From NCBI GenBank assembly GCA_024679065.1, contig JAGIQG010000009.1:95604001-95668000 (forward strand): DNA of 64,000 nt, read 5' to 3'. Below are positions 1 through 10,695 of the stretch, in pieces. The notes under the pieces are model-generated. The model made no database searches. It saw only the letters and a program-made list of their open reading frames with translations, and was not told where the DNA came from. Numbering within the stretch: the first letter of the stretch is position 1; the number at the start of each line of letters is the position of its first letter. This stretch comes from Sphyrna mokarran (Eukaryota). The position numbers were made by a program, and so were the translations under genes.

Positions 1-276
1 GGTAACTATTGATCAGAAACCCAACTGGATTCATGATATGAACAAAGTTGTTGCCAGGTAGGTCAGAGGCTAGGAATACTGTGGCAATAACTCACCTCCT
101 AATTCCTCAAAGGCTATTCACCACCTACAAGGCACAAGTCAGGAGTGTGATAGAATACTCCACACTTGCCTGGATGGGTGCACCTCCAATAACACTCAAG
201 AAGCTTGACATCATCCAGGATAAAGCAGCCCACTTGATTGGCATCACATCTACAAGCATTTAATCTGTCCACCACA
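1..276 (+). mobile_element. CR1/L2-like LINE fragment, duplicate of 1805-2075
   Basis: Near-identical 71-aa ORFs at 48-263 and 1851-2066. Confidence 0.8.
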
Positions 277-769
277 TCATTGGAGAGAGAATGTGAGAGA
301 GTGGGAGAGAATGAGAGAGAGAGGGGGCTCGCATCTAAAAATGAACAAGGGAGTGAATGAAAGAAAGTACAGAGGGACAGAATGTGAGAGTAAGAATAAG
401 AGAAGAAGAAAGCAAAATGTGAGAGTGAATCAGAGAGAGAGAGAGTCAGGAAATACAGGATATATGACATAGGAAATGGCCTTTCAGCCCAACCAGTTGA
501 TGCTGGTATTTATGTTCCACCTGAGGCTCCTCCCATCTTTCCTTGTCTAATTCAATGATTTTAACTCTATTCCCCTCTCACTCATTTGCTTGTCTATCTT
601 CCCCTTAAACTATACTGTTCAGTTCAGTCACTCCCTCTGGCAGTGAGCTCCACATTCTCATCAAATAATTCCCCCAATGTGGCGTTATCCGTAATTAAGA
701 AATGGTGTTTTTGATATCCAAGTTATGGAGTGTAAGTTGTGAATAACAGTGATCCCAACACTGATCCTT

Positions 770-2390
770 GTGGAATGATGCAGGAGCCCAGCACATCAGC
801 GCAGAAGATAAAACCAAAGTATTCACAGCAATCTTCAGCCTGAAGTGCCGAGTGGATGATCCATCTTAGCCTCCTCCAGTGGTCCCCAGCATCTCAGATA
901 TCAGTCTCCAGATAATTCGATTCATTTCACGTGATATCAAGAAATGGTTGGAGATACTGGATACTGCAAAGGCAATGGGCCCTGATAACATTCCACCAAT
1001 AGTACTGAAGACTTGTGCTCCAGAACTTGCTGTTCCCCAAGCCAAGCTCTTCTGTACAGGTAAAACACTGGCATCTACCCAACAATGTGGAAAATTGCCC
1101 AGGTATGGCCTGGGCACAAAAAGTAGGATAAACGCAACCCCAGCCAATTCCCACCCAATCAATCTACTATCGATCACCAGTAAAGTGATGGAAGGGGTCA
1201 TCGACAGTGTTATCATGCAGCACCTGCTCAGCAATGCCCAGTTTCGGTGTCGTCACAGTCATTCAGCTCCTGACCTCATTACAGCCTCGGTTCAAACATG
1301 AGCAAAAGAGCTGAATTCCAGAGGTGAGGTGGTGGTTCCAGCCCCTGAAATCGAGATCATATTTGACCGAGTGTGGATCAAGGAGCCTTAGCAAAACTGG
1401 AATCAATGAGTATCAGAGGGCAAACTCTCAGACCTGGTACATAGGAAGATGGTTGTGGTCGTGGAGGGTCAGTCACCTCAGCTCCACGACATCTCTGCAG
1501 GAGTCCCTCAGGGTAGTGTCGGAGGCTTAACCATCTTCAGCTGCTTCATCATAAGGGCGGAAGTGGGTATGTTCATCAATAATCACTCAACATTCAGCAC
1601 TATTTGCGACTCCTCAGATACTGAAGCAGTCCATGTTCAAATGCAACAACATATGGGCAATATCCAGGCTTGGGCTGACAAGTGGCAGGTAACATTCGTG
1701 CCACACAAATGCCAGGCAATGACCATCACCAATAAGAGACACTCTAACCATTGCCCCTTAACATTCAATGATGGAAACATCACTGAACTCCCCCCATCTG
1801 AGGGGTAACTATTGATCAGAACCTGAACTGGACTCATGATATGAACAAAGTTGTTGCCAGGTAGGTCAGAGGCTAGGAATACTGTGGCAATAACTCACCT
1901 CCTAATTCCTCAAAGGCTATTCACCATCTACAAGGCGCAAGTCAGGAGTGTGATAGAATACTCCACACTTGCCTGGATGGGTGCAGCTCCAATAACACTC
2001 AAGAAGCTTGACATCATCCAGGATAAAGCAGCCCACTTGATTGGCATCACATCTACAAACATTTAATCTGTCCACCACTGACACTCAGCAACAGCAGTGT
2101 GTACTATCTACAAAACGCACTCCTGCAATTCACTGAAGCTCCTTCAAAAGCACCTTAAAAATACATCTTCACTTCCATCCAGAAGGACAAGGAGAGCAGA
2201 CAAATGGGAAAACCACCACCTGCAAGTTCCCCTCCAAGCCACTCACCATCCTGACTTGGAAATATATCACTGTTCCTGTGTGGTCACTCGGTCAAAACCC
2301 TATAATTCCCTCCCTTCTCAAGGGCAACTAGGCATGGGCAATAAATGCTGGTCAGCCAGCGACATCCATGTCCCACCAATGAATGAAAAA
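770..2390 (+). mobile_element. Degenerate CR1-clade LINE (3' half) in class I intron 4
   Basis: Frameshifted RT motifs KAMGPDNIP, GVPQGS, WADKWQVTF; paralogous copies at 22535-24200 and 46455-49200. Confidence 0.85.
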
Positions 2391-2779
2391 ATCATTTTCC
2401 ACTTTCTGTCACTCCAAATAACTCCCTTTACTCACACTCTCTGCTTTGTGTCTCAAAGTCAGTGAGTGATCTATTCTGTCACTCATCCCCTAACTCCACT
2501 TGCTTTGACCTTGTCAATCAGTCCATCATGAACATCCTTTTCTATTGCATTTGAAAAATTACATTATACTATATCTATTACGTTAGCATTGTCTCATGCC
2601 TCTGTTAAATCCTCAAAAAATCCACTAAGTGGAGTAAAACAATATTTTCCATTTCAAAATCCATGCTGACTGTTCATTGTCATAGTATGCAATTCTAGAT
2701 TTTCATGAATTGTCTCCAATAGAAGGAATTCCATTATTTTTCTGAATACTGATCTTAATCTGACTGAAGTAAATTTCCA

Positions 2780-3720
2780 GGATGCACTGGGTCCTGTCCT
2801 ACTGTAATATTTATTATTGTCACATGTATTGGTACACATGAAAACTATTGTTTCTGGGATATACTGGGGCCTGTTTATCCTCTAATATCCCAGGCACACT
2901 GGGCCCTACCTCCTCTAATATTCCAGGACATTCCAGACCCTGTCTACCCTCTAATATCCCAGGCACACCATGCCCTACCTCATGTAATACCCCAGGATAC
3001 ACTAGGCCCTGTCTACTCTCTAATATTCCAGGACATAGCAGACCTTTCGTCTACCCTCTAATATCCCAGGCACACCAAGCTCTATCTCCTGTAATATCCT
3101 ATGATACACCAGGCCCTGTCCACCCTCTGATATACCAGGCACAAAGTGCCCTCCCTCCTGTAATATTCTAGGATATACCAGGCCCTATAAGGCTGCAATA
3201 TCTCAGAATACAGTGGGATTTATTCTACTACAAATTCCAAGGTACACTAGGTCCTGTCAGGCAGCAATATGATGTAGAGATGCCGGCGTTGGATTGGGAT
3301 AAACACAGTAAGAAGTCTGACAACACCAGGTTTTAAGTCCGACTGATTATTTGATAGTAAACTCACAAGCTTTCAAGGCTGTCACCTGACGAAGAAGACA
3401 GCCCCAAAAGCTTGTGAGTTTACTACCAAATAAATCGTTTGGACTTAAATCTGGTGTTGTCAGACTTATACTGAGGCTGCAATATCCCAGATACACTGGG
3501 CCCCACATACTGTAATATCCCAGGACACCCCAATCCAGACTTACACTAATGTCCAATGGTACACGAGGCCCTGTGCTACTGTAATACCCCATGATACACA
3601 ACATCATGTTGGACTGTAATATCCCAGGATACACCAGGCCGTGTTATCCTGTAATATTCCTGGAAACACCGACTCCAGTTATACTTTAATATCTCACGAT
3701 ACACCAAGCTCTGTTATACT
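2780..3720. repeat. Degenerate ~32-bp satellite (CTGTAATATCCCAGGATACAC core) in intron 4
   Basis: Also at 5020-5460, 24525-24770, 26560-26780, 27785-28420, 49690-50430 and 51325-51800. Confidence 0.8.
3270..3470. mobile_element. Short palindromic Penelope pLTR derivative
   Basis: Inverted arms of ~65 bp (about 3310-3373 and 3406-3469) around a CTGACGAAG core. Confidence 0.7.
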
Positions 3721-3727
3721 ATAACAT

Positions 3728-5018
3728 AATGTGGAGATGCCAATGTTATACTGGGGTAAACACAGTAATAAGTCTCACAACATCAGGTTAAAGTCCAATA
3801 AGTTTATTTAATAGTAAACCCAATAACTTTCAGGGTTTGTCCTTTCGGCAGGTGAACAGAGAGTGCAGGTCACAAACAGAGCATATAAAGGCACAAATAC
3901 AGTTTACAGAACATTGATCAGAATGCGACTCTTTACAGCTAATCAATTCTTAAAAGTACAAGCAATGTGCGTGGAGACAGCATCAAGCACAGGTTAAAGA
4001 GATGTGGATTGTCTCCAAACAGGACAGTAAGTGTGATGTTGCAAGCCCAGGCAAGCCGTGCGGGTTGCAAATGGTGTGACATGAACCCAAGATTCCGGTT
4101 GAGGCCATCCTTATATGGGCGGATCTTGGCTATCAGTCTCTGCTCAGTGACTCTGCACTGTCCTGTGCCACGAAGGCTGCCTTGGAGAGCGTTTACCCGA
4201 AGATCAGAGGCCGAATGCCATGACAGCTGAAGCGCTTGTCAACAGGAAGGGAGCAGTCTTGCCTGGTGATTGTTGAACGGTTCATTCGTCTGTTGTCGTA
4301 GTGTCTGCATGGTCTCCCCAACGTACCATGCTTCGGGACATCTTTTCTTGCAGCGTATCAGGTTTACAACATTGGCTGAGTTGCAAGAGTTTGTGCCGGG
4401 TAGCTGGTGGATGGTGCTCTCATGTGAGATGATGGCATCCGTGTCGATGATCTGGCATGTCTTGCAGAGGTTGCTGTGGCAGGGTTGTGTGGTGTCAACC
4501 ACTGAATGAACACTGCTCTACGATCACCGGGCAAGACTGTTCCCTTCCTGCTGGCGAGCACTTCAGCGGTCACAGGCATTCGGCCTTTGATCTTCGAGTA
4601 AATGTTCTCCAAAGTGGCCTTCACGACACATGACAGCGCAGAATCACTGAGCAGAAACCAATAGCCAGATTGCGCACACATGGGGACGGCCTCAACCGGG
4701 ATCTTGGGTTCATGTCACACTACCTGTAACCCCCCATGATTTGTCTGTAAGTTCTCACTTACTGTCCTGTCTGGTGACAATACACATCTCTTTAACTTGT
4801 GCTTAATGCTATCTCCACTCACATTGTCTGTATCTTTAAGAATTAATTAGATGTAAAGAAACTCATTCTGAGCAGTATTCTATAAACTGTGTACATACCT
4901 TTATATGCTCCCTTTCTGACCAGAATTCTCCACTCATCTGAAGGGACAGATTCCGAATGCTAATGTGTTTACTGTCAAATAAACTTGTTGGACTTTAACC
5001 TGGTGTTGTGAGACTTCG
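3728..5018. mobile_element. Penelope-like fragments in inverted (minus then plus) arrangement
   Basis: GIY-YIG remnant at 4239-4502; orientation switch at ~4500; same structure at 26785-27780 and 50435-51320. Confidence 0.8.
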
Positions 5019-5664
5019 ATATGTAATATCCCAGGATACACAAACACCAGTCAAACTTTAACATCCCAGGATTCTCTGGGCTTGTCATACTGAAATCCCA
5101 GGATACACTACTATCTGAGCCACAATAATATCCCTGGGCACACTGGGCTCTGTCATACTCTAACATCCTGAGTAAACCAGACCCTTGCGTACAGTCACAT
5201 CCGAGGATACACTTGATCTTGTCCCTACTGTAATATCCCAGGATACACTGGGCCCTGACCAACTAAAGGATCTCATGATACACGATGTCCTGTCCCACTG
5301 TGATGTCCAATAACACAATGGGTACTGTAATCCAGTTATTTCTCAAAATGCACCGGGCTCTGTCGTGCTGTAATATCCTAAAGTACACTGGGCCTTATCC
5401 ATCCTGTAATATTCCACAACACACTGGATCCTGTTGCACTGGAATACAGCAGGATAGAGTGGGGTATGTTTCAGATCAAATGCACAGACACACAATTATT
5501 TCCCTCTAATGGTGGTGCCATGATACAATGAAGGTTAATATTTATTTCCCTCTCTCCGTAAGCCGGGCCTCAGGCTGTCCTGGGCTGACAGATCAGCACT
5601 GACCCTCCCTCCTGTGATCCTGGTCTGAGGCTGGGTCCTCTCTAACAGTGAGAAACAGTCTTAC

Positions 5665-5928
5665 CGTAAATCACCACCAGTGTCTCCTCCATCCCGCTGT
5701 GTTCCACCCGACAGGAATACTCGGCTTGGTCCTCTGGATCAAACTCAATCCATTTCCGGATCTGGTAGGTGCTGTCGTGATTGGGTAAGATCCCAGTGGA
5801 CAGAGTCTCACCAATCACCACTCCATCTCTGCACAGATTCACCTCGATGGCTTGAGGGTAAAACCCGGTGACGGCACAGGACAGCCGGTTAGAATCACCC
5901 AGACGGGTAAAGGACACGACGGGGGCAA
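5665..5928 (-). CDS. Gene A exon 4, class I alpha3 (Ig C1-set) domain
   Basis: VAPVVSF...LSCAVTGFYPQAIEV...ILPNHDSTYQ...YSCRVEHSGM; 264 nt with AG/GT ends. Confidence 0.95.
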
Positions 5929-7444
5929 CTGAGAGAGAAAGAAAGAGGAGTCAGTACAGAAACCTCGAGATAGAGAGTCCCGGCATCACCCCCTTCACCG
6001 ACTCTCGCTCCCCCCCCTCACTCACCGACTCTCACTCCCCCCCCTCACTCACTGACTCTCATTCCCCCCTCACTCATCGACTCTCACTCCCCCCTCGCTC
6101 ACCGCTCTCGCTCCCCCCCTCGCTCACCGACTCTCGCTCCCCCTCACCTCACCGACTCTCACTCACCCCCCTCACTCACTGACTCTCACTCCCCCCCTCA
6201 CTCATCGACTCTCACTCCCCCCTCATCCACCGACTCTCACTCCCCCCTCACTCACACGACTCTCACTTCCCCCCTCACTCACCCACTCTCACTCCCCCCC
6301 CACTCACCGACTCTCACTTCCCCCCTCACTCACCGACTCTCACTTCCCCCCCACTCACCGACTCTCAATCCCCTCCTCACTCACCGATTCTCAATTCTCC
6401 CTGTCCATACTCCACGTATTTTCTCAGCCACTCGATACACTCCACCTTCAGGTAATCTTTCAATCGCTGGTTGTCATCAGTCAGCCGGTCGCACATGTTT
6501 TTGGTGCTCTCCCCCCAGGGCACCTGGGTCTCCCACATCACGTGATTATGGTCGAAGCTGAGAAAATCATGTCCGTCCCACCCAAACTGGATGAATCCAC
6601 TTGAAGTCCCATCATCCCTCAGGTCACAGCCAATAATCAGCTGGTAGACATGGATCCCTGTAGATTAGAAAAACAAACAGCCAATCAGAGACAGTCCCAA
6701 TGGGTGATTCCCACCTGCACAGCCAATCAGAACCAGTCTCACTAGGCAATCTCATTCTAACAGCCAACCAACACCAACTACTCTGCCCCCTCTCCCACAC
6801 ACTCACACAGCCAATCAGAGCCAGCCTCAATCCCTCCACACATTCACAGCCAATCACATTTCCTGTCACATCTCCAATCGCAGCCAATCAGCCTCTGGCT
6901 CCCGGTTCCTGATCCACTCTGGGTTTCTCCTCATTCCCGCCTGGATCCCCGGGTGCTGGGAGAGTGAGCGCTCACCTCCTGTCTGGTTGGTGCGGGACAT
7001 GAAGAGCGGAATCTTCTTTTTAAAATCCACTTCCATCTCCTCTGCGAGGATCTTCTTCCTCTCCCAGGCTGCCGGACCCTCGCTCTCCACCATCCACTGC
7101 TCCCGGGGGATCAGCTCCTTCCGATCACTGTCGTACATAACAAACTGGACACCGTCCACATAACCGACACCCACAAACTCCGGGAGACCCGGGATCGGAG
7201 TCATTCCCGTGAAGAATTGCCGGAGAGAGTGAGAGGCTGAAATAGAGAGAGAGAGAGAATTGAGGATATACATCCTAAAAACACCAACACCCTCACACAC
7301 ACAGATCAGGGCATGAACCCCAAAACACTGATTCCAAACCGAGAGCAAAACCTCCACCCAGCCTGACATTGCCCCTCTCAAACCCCATCACTCACCTGCA
7401 GACACCTCTCCACACAGAAGGACCAGCACTATCAGTCCAATCAT
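5665..7444 (-). CDS. MHC class I heavy chain, gene A (non-classical-like); exons 1-4 present, TM/cytoplasmic exons not in window
   Basis: Manual splice join(7396-7444,6976-7236,6385-6657,5665-5928). All introns are GT-AG and phase 1, and the frame is open: leader + alpha1 + alpha2 (C101-C164) + alpha3 Ig-C1. Confidence 0.93.
5985..6395. repeat. ~24-26 bp minisatellite filling intron 3 (also 28945-29197 and 52335-52460)
   Basis: Unit ~CCCCCTCACTCACCGACTCTCACT. Confidence 0.9.
6385..6657 (-). CDS. Gene A exon 3, class I alpha2 domain (not in the ORF track)
   Basis: Hand translation GIHVYQLIIGCDLRDDGTSSGFIQFGWDGHDFLSFDHNHVMWETQVPWGESTKNMCDRLTDDNQRLKDYLKVECIEWLRKYVEYGQGELRI; 273 nt with AG/GT ends. 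Confidence 0.95.
6976..7236 (-). CDS. Gene A exon 2, class I alpha1 domain
   Basis: ASHSLRQFFTGMTPIPGLPEFVGVGYVDGVQFVMYDSD...MSRTNQTG; N86 sequon; 261 nt with AG/GT ends. Confidence 0.95.
7396..7444 (-). CDS. Gene A exon 1, signal peptide
   Basis: ATG at 7444; MIGLIVLVLLCGEVSA; donor G|GTGAGT; 49 nt. Confidence 0.9.
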
Positions 7445-7584
7445 TGCTACTTCCCTCATGGTGCGGAAACATTTAGAGGAAACTCTTTTTTGTAGAAAGG
7501 CCATTTTCTCAACTCACTCCTTCTCTCTTTTTTTCGATTTAGTTTCCCCGGCGTCTCCGTCTTTCCCCGTTTACACTGAGCCTC

Positions 7585-7715
7585 AATCTGATTGGTTCAG
7601 TCCGATTTTATGTCCAATCAGGATAAAGAGATTCAGTGAGTCATCGGTCTCCGGCAGAACAGAAACAAACAGGTTGAGAAACAGGCTCAGTGTTGAGAAC
7701 TGTCCAATCAGGCAA
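7585..7715 (-). promoter_or_regulatory. Gene A promoter, X/X2/Y-like module
   Basis: Minus strand GCCGGAGACCGA-TGACTCA, 15-nt spacer, CTGATTGG (7614-7655). Second, inverted CCAAT box at 7588-7595. Conserved upstream of all three leader exons. Confidence 0.75.
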
Positions 7716-7724
7716 ACTCAGTAA

Positions 7725-10695
7725 GAGTCTGGCAACACCTATTTTAAGTCCAACCGATTTATTTGATAGTAAATCTGCTAGCTTTCGGAGTTTGTGCCTT
7801 CGTCAGGCAAATGAGGTGTTCTGGTCTCCAAAAGCACCCATATCAGCACAGTTTACAGATTGCTGATTAGAATGCGACTCATCCACTGTATCCTGGACCA
7901 TAATGTCTTCTCCTCCAACAACCAGATCTTCATCCAGACACACAGAACAGCCATGGAGACCAAATTCATATCTCTATATGCTCACATTTTCATGCACAGT
8001 TTCAGACAAGACATCTTCATAGCACAGCACCTTCAACCAATGCTATACACTAAATACATGGATGACATTTCTTCCTTTGGACTCATGGTGAACAATCACT
8101 GAAACAACTATATGATGACATCAACAAGTTCCATCCCACAATTAGACTCACCATGGATTATTCTCTGGAATCGGTTGCATTCTTGGACACACACATCTCC
8201 ATTAAGGAAGGTCACCTCGGCACTTCACTGTACTGCAAGCCCATGGATAACCTCACGATGTTCCATTGCTCCAGCTTCCACCCTAAACATGTTAAAGAAG
8301 CCATCCCCGACAAACAAGCCCTGCGTATACACAGGATCTCTTCAGATGAGGAGGATCGCAACAAACACCTTCAGATGCTGAAAAGATGCCCTCATAAAAA
8401 CAGAGTATGGCACTCGACTCATTGATGTAAAGATGCCGGCGTTGGATTGGAGTGGTAAGAACTCAGTAAGAATTTAGCAACACCAATTATTAATCCAACC
8501 GATTTATTTGATAGTAAAAAAGCGAGCTTTCAACACTCCCGTGTCTTCATCAGGCAAGTGCAGTGTTCTGGTCTGCAATAGCACACATCAGCACAGACAG
8601 TCAGAGATTGCTGATTAGAATGCGAATCCTTACATCTAACCTGCTATTCAAGTGTTAAAGTGGCTAACAATGTGTGTGAAGGGAATCCTGAGCATTGGTT
8701 AGAGAATTGTGTATTTTCTCCAGACAGCACAGTAAGTGAGGTTTTTTGCTAACCCAGGCAAGTTACGGGGGTTACAGATAGTGTGTCATGAAGCCAAGAT
8801 CCCTGTTAAGACCGTCCTCATGTGTGCGGAGCTTGGCTATCAGTCTCTGTTCAGCGACTCTGCGCTGTCGTGTATCACGAAAGCCCCCTTGAAGAACATT
8901 TACCCGCAGGTCGGAGGCCGAATGCCCATGACTGCTGAAGTGTTCGCCCACAGGAAGGGAACTGTTTTGCCTGGTGATTGTTGAGCGATGCTCATTCATC
9001 CGCTGTCGTAGTGTTTGCATGGTCTCCCCAATATACCATGCTTCGGGACATCCTTTCTTGCAACGTATTAGGTAGACAACGTTGGCCGAGTTGCAAGAGT
9101 ATGTACCGTGCACCTGGTGAATGGTATCCTCACGTTTGATGATGTCGTCCATGTCTATGATCTGGCATGTCTTGCAGAGGTTGCTGTGGCAGGGTTGTGT
9201 GGTATTGTGGTCACTGTTCTCCTGAAGGTTGGGTAGTTTGCTGCGAACAATGATCTGTTTGAGGTTGTGCGGTTGTCTGAAAGCAAGAAGTGGGGGGGTG
9301 GGGATGGCCCTAGCGAGATGTTCATCGTCATCAATGATATGTTGAAGACTCCGGAGAAGATGTCGTAGCTTCTCCGCTCCGGGGAAGTACTGGACAACAA
9401 AGGGTACTCTGTCCACCGTGTCCCGTGTTCGTCTTCTGAGGAGATCAGTGCGGTTTATCGTTGTGGCACGTTGGAACTGTCGATCGATGAGTCGAGCGCC
9501 ATATCCTGTTCTCACGAGTGCATCCTTCAGTGTCTGGAGGTGTCTGTCACGATCCTCCTCATCTGAGCAAATTCTGTGTATACGGAGGGCTTGTCCATAG
9601 GGAATGGCTTCTTTAATGTGTCTAGGGTGGAAGCTGGAGAAGTGGAGCATTGTGAGGTTGTCTGTCGGTTTGCGGCTCATTGATCGACTCATTGATCAAC
9701 AATTCCGATGTGCCAACTTCCTCAGAAGACAACCATAGGACACGGTGGACAGAGTACCCTTTGTTGTCCAGTACTTTCGCAGAGTGGAGAAGCTATGATA
9801 TCTTCTCCAGAGTCTTCAATTCTCATTAATGAAAACAAATATCTCACCAAGGCCAACCCAACACCCCCATTTCTTTCCTTCAAACAATCTTACAACCTCA
9901 AACAGACCATTGTCAGCAGCAAACTACCCAGCCTTCAGGAGAACAGTGACCACGACACCACACAACCCTGCCACAGCAACCTCTGCAAGACGTGCCGGAT
10001 CATTGACACGAATGCCATCATCTCATGTGAGAACACCAGGTACACGGTAGATACTCTTGCAACTCGGCCAACATCGTTATCTGATTTGCTGCAGAAAAGG
10101 ACATCCCGAGGCATGGTGCAGTGGGGAGACCGTGCAGGCACTATGACAATGAATGAATGAACACTGCTTGATAATACCAGGCAGGAGTGTTCTCTTCTTG
10201 TTGGGAAATACTTCAGTGGTCATAGGCATTCAGCCTCTGACCCTCAGATAAGCATTCTCCAAGGCAGCCTTCACGACACATAATAGTGCAGAGTCATTGA
10301 GCAGAGATTGATAGCCAAATTTGCACATATGAGGATGGCCTTAACCAGCCTCTTGGGTTCATGTTACACTATCTGTAATCCCCACGATTTGCCTGGACTT
10401 GCAAAATCTCACTAACTGTCCTGGCTGGAGACAATACATATCTCTTTAACCTGTGCTTAATCTTCTCTCCACTCACATTGTCTGTACCTTTAAGACTTGA
10501 TTCACTTTTCAATCAATATTTTGTAAATTGAGTTTGTGTCTTTATATGCCCTATTTGTGAATAGAACTCCCACTCACCTGATGAAGGGGCAGCAAGCACT
10601 CCGAGAGTGGCTTGTGCTACCAAATAAACCTGTTGGACTTCAACCTGGGTTGCGAGACTTCTTACTGTGTTTACCCCAATCCCACGCCAACATCT
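7725..10695 (+). mobile_element. Older degenerate Penelope-like element hosting the 8427-9675 insertion
   Basis: RT fragments (YMDD, FLDTHISIKEG) at 7880-8426 continue at 9685-10695 through the EN region and pLTR. Confidence 0.8.
8427..9675 (-). mobile_element. Penelope-like element, 3' part with intact GIY-YIG endonuclease frame and pLTR end
   Basis: ORF 8772-9692: RT thumb, CxxxxCxxC linker, NVVYLIRC...WYIGET...R..EH...GLN. Flanked by repeated CTCATTGAT. Confidence 0.92.

Noticed and set aside
2848-3171. Pro/Gly-rich repeat ORFs (also 27773-28201 and 42196-42576)
   Set aside because: Satellite-derived.
8772-9692. Stand-alone GIY-YIG nuclease gene
   Set aside because: It is the C-terminus of a 5'-truncated Penelope ORF, with many decayed copies nearby.
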